A stretch of DNA of 64,000 bases from the human T2T-CHM13v2.0 reference genome, Homo sapiens. Position 1 is the first letter of the stretch; each line of letters begins with the position of its first letter. The stretch is from the NCBI RefSeq assembly GCF_009914755.1, contig NC_060929.1. One strand, 5' to 3'. The position numbers and the translations under genes are program-made. The notes under the pieces were generated by a model that searched no databases, was not told the DNA's origin, and saw only the letters and a program-made list of their open reading frames with translations. Below are positions 28,878 to 42,510 of this stretch, piece by piece.

Positions 28878-31218
28878 TAATATCATTTGGCTCTGTGTCC
28901 CCACCAAAATCTCATTATCTCCAATTATAATCCCCACAATTAAAGATGATGGGGCCTGGAGGGAGGTGATTGGATCATGGGGGCAGCTTCCTCCATGCTG
29001 TTCTTGTGATAGTGAGGAAATTTTCCAGAGATCTGATGGTTTAAATGTGGCATTTTCCCCTGTGTACTCTCTCTCTCTCCTGCCACCAGGTAAGACATGC
29101 CTTGGTTCCCCTTTGCTTTCCTCCATGATTGTAACTTTCCTAAGGCCTCCCCTCAGGAAAGTGAGTCAATTAAATCTCTTTTGTTTACAAATTACTCTGT
29201 CTCAGGTATTATCTTTGTAGCAGTGTGAGAATGAACTAATACAGAGAATTGGTACCAGAAGTGGGGTACAGCTACAAAGACAACCTGAAAATGTGGAAGC
29301 AACTTTGGAACTGGGTAACATGTAGTGGTCAGAACAGTTTGAAAGGCTCAGGAGAAGACAGGAAGATGTTGGAAAGTGTGAAACTTCCTAGGGACTTGTT
29401 GAATGATTTTGACAAAAATGCTCATAGTTATATGGACAATAAAGTCCAGGCTGAGGTGGTCTCAGGTGGAGAGGAGGAACTTATTGGGAACTGGAGTAAA
29501 GGTCACTCATGCTGTGCATTAGCAAAGAGACGTGGCATTTTGCCCCTGCCCTAGAGATTTGTGGAACTTTGAACTGAGAGAGATGGTTTAGGGTATCTGG
29601 CAGAAGAAATTTCTAAGCAGCAAAGCATTCAAGAGCTGACCTGGCTTATTCTGAAAGTGTTCAGTTATATGCGATCACACAGAGATGGTTTGGAATTGGA
29701 GCTTATGTTTAAAAGGGAAGCAGAGCATACAGGTTTGGAAAATTTGCAACCTGATCATGTGTTAGAAAAAATTTTTTTTTTTCTGGGGAAGAATTCAAGC
29801 TGGCTGCAGAAATTTGCATAAGTGACAAGGAACTGAATGTTAATAGCCAAGACAATGAGGAAAATGTGTCCAGGTAATGTCAGAGACCTTCACAGTAGCC
29901 TCTTCCATTACAGGCATGGAGTTATAGGAGGGAAAAATGGCTTAATTGGGCCCAGGGCCCTGCTGCTCTGTGCAGCCTTGGGACTTGGTGCCCTGCATCC
30001 CAGCTTCTCCGGCTTCAGCCACGGCTAAAAGAGGCCAAGGTACAACTTGGGTCATTGCTTCAGAGGGTGCAAGCCCCAAGCCTTGGTGGTTTCCATGTGG
30101 TGTTGGGCCTGCAGGTGCACAGAAAACAAGAGTTGAGCTTTGGGAGTCTCTGCCTAGATTTCAGAGGATGTATGAAAACACCTGGATATCCAGGCAGAAG
30201 TCTCCTGCAGGGGCAGAGTCCTAATGGAGAACTTCTGCTAGGGCAGTGTGAAAGGAAAATGTGGGATTGGAGCCCACACACAGGGTCCCCCCCAGGGCAT
30301 CACCTAGTGGAGCTGTGAGAAAGGGCTACCATCCTCCAGATTCCAGAATAGTAGATCCACTGAAAGCTTGTACTGTGTGCCTGGGAAAGCTTCAGGCACT
30401 CAAGGTCAGCCCATGAAAGCATGGGCTGTACCCTGCAGAGCCACAGGGGTGGAGCTGCTCAAGCCCTTGGGAGCCCATCAGGGCATCAGTGTGCTCTGGA
30501 TGTGAGATGTGGAGTCAAAGGAAATTATTTTGGGGCTTTAAGGTTTAATGACTGCCCTGCTGGACGTTGGACTTGCAGGGGGCCTTTGGCTCCTTTGTTT
30601 TGGCCAATTTCTTCTATTTGGAATGGGAACAAATACTCAATACCTGTGCCCTTATTGTATCTTGGAAGTAACTAACTTGCTTTTGATTTTTTAGGCTTAT
30701 AGGTGGAAGCGTCACGCCTTGTCTCAGATGAGACTTTGGACTTGGACTTTTGGGTTAATGCTGGAATGTGTTTAGACTTTGGGGATACTGTTGGGAAGAC
30801 ATGATTGGTTTTGAAATGTGAAAAGGACATGAGATTTGGGAGGCATCGGGGTAGAATGATATAGTTTGACTCCATGTCCACACCCAAATCTTATATTGAA
30901 TTTTAATTCCCCTGCATTGAGGGAGGGACCTGGTGGGAGGTGATTGGATCATTGGGGCAGTTTCCCTCATTCTGTTCTCATGATAGTGAGGGAGTTCTCA
31001 GGAAAATGATGATTTAAAAGTGGCAGTTTCTCCTGTGCTCTCTTTCTCCTGCCACCATGTAACACATGCCTTGCTTCCCCTTCGCCTTTCACCATGATTG
31101 TAAGCTTCCTGAGGCCTCCCCGCCATACATAACTGTGAGTCAATTAAACCCTCTTTTGTTTATAAATTACATAGTCTCAGGTATTATCTTTATAGCAGTC
31201 TGAGAACGGATTAATACA
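28878..31218 (+). mobile_element. Complete THE1D-like MaLR provirus: 5' LTR 28878-29243, internal region 29244-30856, 3' LTR 30857-31218
   Basis: Two homologous ~365-bp LTRs, both ending taataca. The internal region starts gagaattggtaccagaagtgggg and has a purine tract before the 3' LTR. Perfect 5-bp TSD gaggg at 28873-28877 and 31219-31223. Confidence 0.93.
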
Positions 31219-31334
31219 GAGGGATAGGGCAAGACTTGTTAAAGGATAGAAAATTACAGCTAGATAGGAAGAATAAGTGCTAGTGTTCTATACTACTTTA
31301 GGATGACTATAGTCAACAATAATATATTATATGC

Positions 31335-31747
31335 TGATATAGTTTGGATATGTGTCCCCATCAAATCTCATGTCAAATTGTTATCCCAAGTATTGCAGGG
31401 TGGGCCTGGTGAGAGGTGATTTGATCATGGGGTGAAGTTCTCATGAACGTTTTAGCTCCATCTCCTCAGTGCTATTCTCCTGATAGTTAGTGAGTGAGTT
31501 ATCAGAAGATCTGGTTGTTTTAAAAATGTGTAGCACCTGCCCACCCTCCTGCTCTGGCCATGTAAGGCATGCCTGCTTCCCCTTTGCCTTCTGACACAAT
31601 TGTAAGTTTGCTGAGGCCCCAACAGAAGCAGATCCTGTCCTGCTTCTTGTAGAGCCTGTGGAATTGTGAACCAATTAAAGTTCTTTTCTTTATAAATTAT
31701 CCAGTCTTGGGTATTTCTTTATAGAAGAGTGAGAATGGATTAATACA
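31335..31747 (+). mobile_element. MSTA-like solo LTR
   Basis: tgatatagtttggatatgtgtcccc...taataca, with a 5-bp TSD tatgc/tatac. Confidence 0.88.
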
Positions 31748-32099
31748 TATACTTTCAAATAGCTAGAAGGAGGATATTTAATGTTCCCAACACAGAGAAA
31801 TGATAAATATTTGAGATGATGGATATGTTAATTACCCTGATCTGATCATGAACATTATATGTACGGAAACATCACTATGTACCCCATGAATGTGTACAAT
31901 TATTATTTGTCAAAATATTTAATTCTAAAATTTAAAAAGTTTTATTGTTCTACAAATATAATTTAAAGTGATTGAATACACAATTATATATATATATATG
32001 TATGCATGATCTTATAGATTTGTCATCTTATGTATTTGCCAACAAGCTCATTAACCTTTTTTCTAATAACCAGACCTTGATTTTTTTCTCCCATTCTTA

Positions 32100-32520
32100 T
32101 CTGTAGAATTTTCATGAAGCTCAGAAATAGAGCATAGGTTCTAAGTTGATCAGAGTATCGAATTGCTCTGGCAGCTGTATTTGGCTCAGAGATAGGCATA
32201 TGATCCAATTAAAGTAAATAAGATAAATGATTCTTTTGCTGGAGAAATTTGTTCTTTGTCTCTGAACTCTAAATTAAGGAATGCATGTGCAAGAGTTTCT
32301 GCTGCCAACTGCTCTGCCCTGATGTCTGAGGTTGAAGGCCGTGTAGTAGAACACAAAGTGAGAAGATAGAGCTGAATGTTATTATTGTTTGAGTCCTGAA
32401 TCCAGTGACACCTGACTTTGAAGTCAGGACCTTGCTCCTGGACCTACAGTTGTAAGTGTCAGCATCCCTTTTTGATTAAGCCAAAAGTAGTTTCTTGTTG
32501 CCTACCACCAAAAGAATCTC
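32100..32520 (+). mobile_element. Old MLT1 LTR
   Basis: ttggctcagagataggcatatgatccaatt, with the 3' end ttaagcc...tttcttgttgcc. Confidence 0.5.
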
Positions 32521-34556
32521 AAGTGTTGGAATGCTATTAACAGTTTATTTTCAAGACTGGGGAGTAATGTTCTCCACCTGACAGTTGTAAAGACCTTAGT
32601 CTTCTTTTGTTTGTCTTTCTGGGAGACCCCAAGTAGAAGTCTTGCGTGTGCCTCTTCCTCTAACTGCTCTAGCCTCTGCTTCTGTCATCTCTCCAGGACA
32701 TTATTAAAATATGTCCTATTATTGTCACCTGCAGTGTCTTCTGTGTCACCAGCACTCTGCTCTATCACTTCACTGACATTGACTCACTCTTGACCTCTCA
32801 GGCTCCTTGTGGACTCTTCTTTCTACACCTGCACTACAAGCTCTTTGCCATCTTTCCTATGAATGAATCTTACATGCTCATTCCTTTATCTGGAGAATAA
32901 GAAATAAGTTTTCACCACTGCGTCCTGCTCTTTACTTTTAGTGGTGGTAGGAGAATCTATTGCAGTGTCTTAATTCATTAGTAATATCATTTCTATAGGC
33001 TTACCCACCCTCTCCACACAGAAGGCTGGTTTGGATAAATTGAAGTTCAGCCTATAACTCTATGAGAGTCTTTCTTCCCTTTCAACACACAAGCCTTGAA
33101 GCTAAATCTGGACTACTCACCAGGGATGCCGGTGGGTAAGAGTAGACCTGTTAGTAAGTGAACCAGTTGACCACTCTGAAATCTCTCCATCTCAGCAAGA
33201 TTTTCTTGTTCTCTGCTTCTTTCAGTGTAGGCAGTATGGGCAGTATTTCTTAGAAGTGCATACAGAATCAACCTGATGATAATCTGAGAGCACAGTGTTA
33301 TCACTCACAGGGCTCTATTAAGCATTGTCCACACCAATGTGAGGAGTGGCAACTTTAGCAATCTAATGGGAAAACAATAACACAGTGGTAGAAGCCATCT
33401 GGAATTTTCTCCCTGCACAATACATTTCTAAGTGACTTTTTTTTTATCTTCTCATGAGAACATTTAGTCTATAAAAAGTATCCATATGAAAGGACTGTTG
33501 ATGCTTGTCCTTACTCCTTTTGTTCTGGTAATAGAGAGTCACAAAAATTGTTATGTAGCTTTCTTTCCCAATGTGAACTGTCCAAAAAAACAAAAAGAAA
33601 AGAAAAAAGGATGAACTATGGGTTGTAGAGAATGGTCACTGGGGTGAAGACTATGTAGCCACTATAGGCTCAGGGTAAAAGAGGAAAAGGGTCATACCAC
33701 TGATAAAGCATTGTCTTTATCTCCATCAGTGGAACATCAACATCACGCATCATCAAAAGACAAGGATCAGCCTCGTGCACCATGATAAGTTGCTGTCAGT
33801 CCTCAAATCACGGGAGAAAAGAGGCTTTGCTTGTCCTGAGGGACTTCTTTTCCAAAATGGTCATAAAACAACTGCTAATTTTTTTTCTAACCTCTGTCCC
33901 CTTCAAGATGTAGGACTGAGAATTTTTTTGTTTTGAATCATGATAAAATATGACAACTTCTAGTTTCTCAACCGCTGTGTCATTTATGATGTCTCATATT
34001 TTCCAATTTCTGGTCCTTTATCACAATGAACCTGACACAGAAGCCATATCGAAGCTAATGCTTTCCTTCTGAAAGCAGAAACAATAAATTGCAAATGGCT
34101 AGGAGTTTGACTGTTTTTTAAAATAATTTCTTGCTTTTGTTTCAAGAAAAAATGATATTGATTATAATTTGTTCTTACTGAAACATCTTTATTCTTTTAC
34201 AAGAGAAAATCTGAGGTTTGACTTTTTATCACTAAAGTTTTGCCACAATGGCAGGGATGTTGAATGAAAGGTTGTAATTTATAAATTTAAATAATTTATT
34301 AACCTGCTTTTTCTCATGTATGGGTTTTCATAGTGTGATGATTTTTTTTTTCTTTTTGATGTGCCAGCTTTACTAAGCTACGTTCCCAGTTATTCAGTAA
34401 AACACTATTCTAGGTGTTGCTGTAAAAGGAATTTTCAGATGAAACTGAAATCCTCAATCAGTTGACTTTAAATATGGGAGATGGGAGACTATCCTGGATA
34501 ATCTAGGGCCTGATTAAATCAGTTGAACAGCCGTGAGAGCAGGGCTGGAGGGGTGA

Positions 34557-34558
<2 letters not shown>

Positions 34559-34638
<80 letters not shown>
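34559..34638. repeat. Compound microsatellite (CA)27(GA)13
   Basis: Read directly. Confidence 0.95.
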
Positions 34639-34776
34639 TTCTGCTGTGGACAGCAGCTTCAGCCCCTGCCTGTGGTTTCCAGCCTGCCTGTGATCTTCCC
34701 TTCGTGACATCCTGCCCTACAGATTTCAGATTTGTTTAGCCAGCCTCCACAATTGTGTAATTCAATTTCTTGTAAT

Positions 34777-34850
34777 ATCTATCTATCTGTCTGTCTGTCT
34801 GTCTGTCTATCTATCATCTATCTATCCATCTATCGTCTATCTATCTATCA
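34777..34850. repeat. Imperfect (TCTA/TCTG)n microsatellite
   Basis: Read directly. Confidence 0.9.
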
Positions 34851-34902
34851 TCATCCTCTTCTCCTACTAGTTACGCTTCTGTAGTTGAACCCTAATTGTT
34901 AC

Positions 34903-35030
34903 AAAATTTGGTACCTAGAAGTGGGATGCTGTTGTAACAAATACTTAAAAATGTGGAAGTGGCTTTATGATCATGTAGTTGGTGAAGGCTGAAAATTTTG
35001 AGGAACATGATAGAAAAAGCCTAGATTAAG
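34903..35030 (+). mobile_element. Start of a MaLR/ERVL-type internal sequence directly after the LTR
   Basis: tttggtacctagaagtgggatgctg...aaaatgtggaagtggcttt is homologous to the THE1 internal start at 29249-29305 in this window. Confidence 0.7.
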
Positions 35031-35789
35031 TCTGCTATAGACAAGAAATCAAATTTAGGCCTTGGAGTTCAGTAAATCCTTTACCTTTTCTGAATTAAAA
35101 AAATCTAGTGTATCTATTTTCATTTGTATCTTAAAATGCTACTGGTGAGTCTATACATGTGTGCTAAAAGCCATAAAATAAGGGCATGAGTTGTCAATTT
35201 GTTCTATGAATAAATAACCCAAAGGAGCTGAAGTGAAAAACATTATTAGCTTTATTTATTTATTATTGTTAAAGCTATTTACTAATAGTTTTATTTATTT
35301 AATATTCTGCGGAGTCTTCTTGGACCCACAGAGCAATTCTTTTAGGGCACTTACTTTTAAACTCATATAATCTCAGGGTTGGAAGAGGTGTCGTAGATTA
35401 TTCTCAAGTTCCACTTTGAAGCCTGGCACCTTCTTCCCTACAAATGGCACCCCCAAGAAATGATTGCAAAGCCTGTCCTTAAAGACTTGCACTTGTGGAG
35501 ACCATCAGACAGAAGCAAGGCACTAACTGTTGTGAAGGTCTTTTTTAAACTGAACCAAACCATGCCTCCTCACTTACAGATTTGGGAACAGAGGTACAGA
35601 AAGATGACTTAGCTTGTTCACCATCTCCTAGCCGATTAATAGCAATATTTGCTCTTTTGGCTCCTAGTTTAGGGTTGTTTCCACACACACTATCTCTTGA
35701 GTAACACACTTATCTCTAAGGTAGACTGGGTGAGTCTTTCTAGGTGTGCAAGGGTAAGCAGGATACTTATGGTGGACCTGAAACTTTTT

Positions 35790-37620
35790 GTTTTTAACTT
35801 TTTGTTTTGAATAATTTCAAACTACAGAGAGTTGCAAGGATATACCAAGAACTCTCATATTTTCTTTACCAAGATACACAAATTTTTACTATTTTGCCAC
35901 ACTTGTTTTAGCTTTCTTTCACTTTAAATACATATATAATACTCGTTTCTGAACGATTTGAGAGTTGGTTACGTTCAGCGTGTACTTTTACCCCTTGATA
36001 TTTTGGTGCATGTTTCCTAAGAATAAGGATATTTCCTTATATAACCACAGAATACCATCAAATCCAGGAAATTAAACACTAACACAATCCTTTAATCTAT
36101 GCCAACTGTCACAATAATATCCCTTATGACATCTTCCACTCCTACCATACAGGATTCAGTTCAGAAGATGTATTGTATGCAATTACTGTGTCTCTTTAGT
36201 TTCTGTCAATCTGAACTATTTCTTCTGTCTTTCCTTGCCATTCATAACCTTAATATTCTTGAGTACAGGCCACTTATTTTATACAACATTGATTATATTG
36301 GATATGTCTGATGTTTCTTCAAGATCAAATTGAAGCTACACATTTTTGACTCAAATACTACATAAGTGATCTTATGTCTTTCTCAGAGTAACACATCTGA
36401 AAGGACACCATGTCCAATTGTACCTTATCAATAACATTAATTTTGATCATTTGGATAAGGTGCTGTTTTCTCCACTGTATAGTTTTTTGCTTTACAGTTC
36501 ACCAGATTCTTCCTTTATCTCTATTGCACCAGATTTAGTATCCATTGAATAGTTTTGCCTAAGTCAATTTTTATCATAATAGTTGCATGTGATTTCATGC
36601 TGATTTTCTAATTGTACTTTCTAGATTTATTAGCCAGCATTCTACAGGTAGAAAGATCTATCTATCTGTGATGGTTAATTTTAGCTGTCAACTTGACTAG
36701 ATTAAAGAATACCTAGAGAACTGGTAAAACACCATTTCTTGGTGTGCTGTGAAGGTGTTTTTGGAGATTGGCCTGTGAATTGGTGGACTGAGTGGGGAAG
36801 ATCCACCCTCGATGTGGATGGGCACCATCCAATCAGCTGGGGACTAGGATGGAAAAAAATGCAGAAGAAGGGTGAATTCTCTCTTTCTTCTGGAGCAGGA
36901 CACTTTTCTTCTCCTGCCCTTAGACATCAGAACTCCAGGTTATTCAGTCTTTGGACTTTGGGACTCCTGGAGCTCTTAATCCTTTGGCTTCAGACTGAGA
37001 GTTACATCATTAGTTTCCTTGATTCTCAGGCCTTTGTGCTTAGACTGAACCATGCTACCAACCTCCCTGTTTCTTCAGCTTGCAGGTGACCTATTGTGGT
37101 ACTTCTCAGCCTCTGTAATCACGTGAACCAATTCCCTGGAAAAGCCTCTCTTACTTATCTATCTGTCTACGTCCTATTAGTTCTGTCTCTCTGGAGAATC
37201 CTATTTATTATCAGTATGGACTCATGTATTCTTATTTTATTCAGTGGGTTATAATGTGTTATAGTTGTTATTGATTTTGGTTGCTCAAATTGTCTCTGGC
37301 TTGGCCAGAGGGAACCACTTCATGGTGCTTCATGTATCCTTTTGCCATGTCTTCATTATTATTATTATTATTTTTGAAATTATTATTATTATTTTGTTTT
37401 ATTTTTAGCAGCTCCTTGCTTTCTGGCAGAAAATGCTTCAGGTTCATCTTGTGTGCATTTTCTGCTCCAGTCTTGGAATCTGCCATTTCACCTGTGAGTC
37501 CTTTTAATAGAGAATGACATTCATTTAAGGATCTAAGTATGAGGTATATTCATTGCTTCTGGGGTGTAATTGCTTCTGGACTTCTCAGCCCTTTCAGTGG
37601 ACAGAGCTGGGGGAATAAAT
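35790..37620 (-). mobile_element. L1MC4/5-like 3' region, interrupted by an MLT2B LTR
   Basis: ataatttcaaactacagagagttgcaa...tttcctaagaataaggatatt...tataaccacag is typical antisense L1MC 3' end sequence. Confidence 0.7.
36667..37210 (+). mobile_element. MLT2B solo LTR (ERVL)
   Basis: tgtgatggttaattttagctgtcaacttgactagattaa...gggcaccatccaatcagctg...ctctggagaatcct. Confidence 0.88.
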
Positions 37621-39025
37621 TAAGTGAGTTCCCTTGAAGCCAAATATTAAGTCTCATTTTTGGACCTGGCTTCTTTTAGGCTTTTTAAGCTTGTCTTAGG
37701 CTTGATGACACTTTTTTTTCATTTTGTCACACAGACCCCCAATATGGCTGATAGCATTTTCTTGCATATTTCTACTTCCTCATCCATCAGCATTTCATTG
37801 CCCGGGGCTTTCTCAGCCTTTCAGGATCCAGTGAAAGTTTCAAATTCTATCTTGAGAGTAGATCCTCAAAGACTCACATAGTTTCTCTGACAGGTTTCTT
37901 AAAGTCTGGACACAAACTGCCTATTCCCTTTGCATTTGTTTATTCTCTAAGAGCACATACATGTTGGTGGTGTTCACCTGAAAAATAGATAATTTTTTAA
38001 CTGTGAACTTAACAGAGGAAGGAACATAATAAGTCCTGATCTGTGAAGTTTGACATACTTAGGAAGAGAAGGGAGTCTAGAGTAGAAGAGTAAGTCATTG
38101 AATGCTCTTTCCTAATTAAGTGACCCAGAAATGCCATTATTCCCAATTCCCATTCTGGCATTGGAGAAGGGAAGAGGACTGAATGTGACTGAGTTGGGAA
38201 AATTGCACAGTGGCAAATAGCTGAGCTGGGAAACAACACACTTTGTAGTCTTTCCCCAGTTTATTTAGCTAAGCTGTCTAGAATTAAGACCCATGACCTC
38301 GGGGTATTGTAATAAGTTGGAGCTATAAACCAAACTATCTTTCTGTACTCAATCTTACAGGCACCTATTTGGACCCATTTAAGCAAGAGCATCAAATACA
38401 ACTCAGGGAAACTAGAACCTGGAGAGCACTACAACTATTTGGGGCCACAAATTAAGAGCCTATTATTATGGATGACAAGATAAAATGGGCTGCCTCAGGA
38501 GGTAAACAATTCTCTAGACGTGCTTCGTGCTTCGAGTAGACTGAATGGGCACGTGAGGGTTGTAAATGTGAGTTGGGCATTGGTTGAATGTGGGTAAAAT
38601 TAGATGGCTAGGTGGCTTTTAAGGTTCTTTGCAGCTCTGAGATACTGTAGGGCTACTTCTCCATGTTGTATGTATACACAGATAATTTGCACCCTCACAG
38701 TGCACTTATTTTCTTTCTTAAATGAAAATAGATGGAAGAAACTGATTGTTTCTCCCACTCAACCCTGGATGCAGTTGAACCCTGCAGAGCATCATTTTTT
38801 TCCTGGTGGGGTATGATCTCTTTTATCAGGAAAAAAATTATGAGTACTTGATAATAGCATCAAAAGATGTACAGTTATCAAGCTGTTTATACCCAAAGAG
38901 AGTTTATACCCAAAAAGAGTTTAAAATGAATTTTATTTTTAAAATTTATAAATTATAATTATTTGATGAGAGTAAAGATCAGGGGTTTGTTCAACAGGAA
39001 CCAAAAACCAGTTTCAAGTAAGGAG

Positions 39026-39051
<26 letters not shown>
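39026..39051. repeat. (AT)13 microsatellite
   Basis: Read directly. Confidence 0.95.
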
Positions 39052-39056
<5 letters not shown>

Positions 39057-40012
39057 GGAACCCATTTCCACAGTATTGCCATGACTACATAAGGCAATGA
39101 TTTTTTTTAATAGTTATTTATTATGAAAGACAAAGTTTTATCTTAGGAGGTTAGCCACACATATCAAATGCAGTTTATAAGATTCCACAGTACATTTCTA
39201 AATCATTGTATAACACATCAGAATTTCTACAGCAGCATGATTTCCTTAAGGACATAGATCCCGTAATTTTAGTAGGTACTCAATAAATAAATTTGATGTA
39301 TTTTTATTTGTAAAAGAAAACATAAGGTTTGAAAATAGAGAAGCAATTCTTGTTTCTCCGAACTTCAGATGAGATGGCAGAGAATGGATTATTTCTGTAG
39401 AAATAAAGCTCCTAAGCCCTCATCAAGCCTTCATGGTTGGCAATGACAGGTATAACTTCTCCCAGGTTCCGGAGGCAGGTGTGTAGCTGAACATGACAGG
39501 AGAGCTTTTTCTCAGACAAATGCAGGAATACCAGAGATTCTTGTCAGTTTTTGAAAATTAATTCCTTTATTTGGAAAGACAGAACCACATCAGTTTAGCC
39601 ATTTCGTGGAACTTGCAGGAGGCCTAGGTGAAGCTGCTCTTCTTTTTTGGTCTCAGAGATACACAATATAGCTCTCTAAAATACTTGGCTTCCTGCTAAG
39701 GCAGATTATAGTCAATAGTCCAGGAGGCATTGATGTAGAGGAAATCCCTTATATTTAATCTGCAAAGCTGAAGTTGGAATGTGATGATATTCAAGGGAAA
39801 GCTTCAGGTGAAAATGCGTGTCCTCTAGAAAAAGAAAATTACAATTATCCTCTGCACAATTAAAGGTAGTTTCTGTCATCACTACAAGCTACTACAAACT
39901 TGTGCTATTGAGCAAGGACTCTATAAAGACCCCAAATGATCATATGGAACTTGAAAATGTACACTTGCATGTGATTTGATCATAAATTAAAAAGGAAATG
40001 ATGCATTAATGC

Positions 40013-40306
<294 letters not shown>

Positions 40307-40599
40307 CAATACTTGGCTTTTTTTTTTTGTTTTAACCAAGAGAAATGTTAAGAAGTTGGTTTTAGAACAAGCCTTCTTTCTATAGGAATTCTGCTCATTG
40401 GAGACAGTGGAACAATGGATTTGTGAATGTATTAAAAGGTTGCAATGGATATATGCTATTTTTGCTTGCTGAGCATTTATCCTCACTTGATGAGAAAAAG
40501 TACATGAGTTTTCCTTTGGGGTAACAAATTCCATGGTCTCTGGCCAAGTGTCCAGATGGGGCTCTATAGCATGAAGAATGTGACAGTGATTCCCAAGGA

Positions 40600-40850
40600 T
40601 ATCATATTTGTTTCAGGAAAAGGGATCTGACTGAAGTGGGCCAATCAAAGTCAATTATTTGAGTCTTAAGGATGCTTTCTACAAGCGATGCTCTTTATTT
40701 TCTGCTGGACTTGAACATGGAAGGCATGGACTGACTATCTTACCTCTTCATAGAGCCTGAGAATAAGCCATTATATCAGAGAACAAGGCAGAGAGAAAGA
40801 AAGAGCCTGGTTTTGCTGATATAGTTTAAACCCTGGGCTCAAACCATCTA
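40600..40850 (+). mobile_element. Old MLT1 fragment
   Basis: gggccaatcaaagtcaat; ctgctggacttgaac; gagcctgagaat. Confidence 0.45.
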
Positions 40851-41299
40851 TATATATATGGTTTTAAAATTCGTATAAATAAATATATATTCTCATATAT
40901 ATATTCATTTATGTGAATTTTTAATTTCTGTGATCAATACATCCTTTATTTGCCAAAATAGCATGAATAAGGTACATATATTATACAACAAAAGGTATTT
41001 AACTAATATGATGATTGAATTAAAGGTGGCTCCTATTCTATGTCCTCTTTAAGACAATGTAGTATTTCTATGAAAATATAAAAGAAAAATTGCTCATCAG
41101 GTTACCATGACTCAGAAACTGAAAAGCTCACACAAGTAAACAATTATATTGAATGCTGGTGCAAAACAAGTTTAATAAAATGTAATGCTTTTTTTTTTTT
41201 CTCAATTCAACATGAGGGAAACATTATTTCTTACCGTTTTAGAGATCCCCACTTCTTTTGTTTGTAATTCTTATTCCAAGATCCTTTGCAAAATAATTG

Positions 41300-42170
41300 T
41301 CTATACTGTAGTTTAATTTCTTTAAAACTGTGGAAGGTTAAATAATTGTCTGGAGGCAACAGGATCTCATGGTGTCTTTTTCTGGGCTTACAGCTTTACT
41401 TGGAGCACATCCTGTATATGTTCCTAAAAAAAAAGTATGTGGGAATTAATTTTTTGGGAAGAATCTAAAAATGTTTAGAGCCTACCCTCACACTTTAAGT
41501 TAGCTCAATATAGAATTCTAGTTTGAAAATACTTTTCTTTCATAATTTTGGAGACATTACTCCATTATCTTCCAGCTTTTAGTCATGCTGCTGAGAAATA
41601 CAGTGTCATTCTTACATCTCACCCTTGACTTATGCTCTGTCGCCTCCCTCCCTCACCATTCACGGACATTCTCTTAATCCCCTGTCTTCAACACAGCACC
41701 TTTGTCTCACTCTGCTGAGCTTAGTATCCTTGAGTCCCAAGTCTTTCTGGACTCAATTTCTCTAGAGATTAAATTTTCTCTTCTCTTGAAGTGATGGGTA
41801 AGGGGAGGGAGAACTCACCTGGCACAAGGTAGAAGAGGTATCTAGTATCTAATAAATCCTTATACAGTCCCATCCTCTGCCTCCCAAAATGCCCATGCTT
41901 CCAATTCCTGAGCACTTTCCAGGGTTCTAAAGATTTTCTCGTTCTGACTCCAATCAATATCCTTCTGTCTAGGTTTCAGCTTTTTTTAATGCATTGAGTC
42001 ATTTACCACTTCTCAATTCATTCCCATCTTCTAACGTTTTATGGAAATATCTTGCTTGCTATTGTCTCCTTTCCTGTTTTCATTGTCCTTTAAGGTTTAT
42101 AATGTTTTTTATTCCTTTATGTTATGCTAAAGGTATTTCAGGAAATAAATGTATGTAGTCAAACCATTTC
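41300..42170 (-). mobile_element. Ancient L1 ORF1/HAL1-like fragment
   Basis: tatagaattctagtttgaaaatacttttc...ttactccattatcttccagc...gctgctgagaaat is an antisense ORF1-like motif. Confidence 0.5.
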
Positions 42171-42472
42171 AAGTGGAACTTCTAATTCTCAACTAAAAAT
42201 AAAATTACTTTATGCATCTATTCATTCTTTACAAATTTCATTAAGGATATAGACCATGGCTGACATCTATTGCATCTTTAGTTTTCCTAACACTGAACTT
42301 TGCATTGTAAACCCAACAGTGTTTATCGATGATATATATTTATTCTGTTTGTTTATTTTTTGTGGAGGTACTTATCTTGGTAGATGATAGATTTCATTTT
42401 ACAAATCCAGAACCTTATGCTTTCACTTACTATATTCTTTTCAAATACCTAATCTGAGTAAGAGACAGAGTC

Positions 42473-42475
<3 letters not shown>

Positions 42476-42506
<31 letters not shown>

Positions 42507-42510
42507 TGTG
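42476..42510. repeat. (TG)n microsatellite
   Basis: Read directly. Confidence 0.95.

Larger units (their letters stand above)
34334..34902 (+). mobile_element. MLT2D-like ERVL LTR containing microsatellites
   Basis: tgtgatg start; ctaggtgttgctgtaaa; aatcagttgactttaa; end gaaccctaattgttaca. Confidence 0.75.

Noticed and set aside
29249-30675. Several 60-100 aa ORFs in the THE1 internal region
   Set aside because: Decayed MaLR internal ORF pieces, with no intact gag, pol or env.
33121-33156. Minus-strand TACTAAC-AG plus GTGAGT suggesting a 27-nt microexon
   Set aside because: The branch-point motif directly abuts the AG with no pyrimidine tract, which is not a workable 3' splice-site geometry.
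38885-38922. Short tandem duplications (also ~4587-4604, ~10085-10106, ~57175-57200, ~61308-61332)
   Set aside because: Ordinary 9-17 bp slippage duplications with no shared motif.
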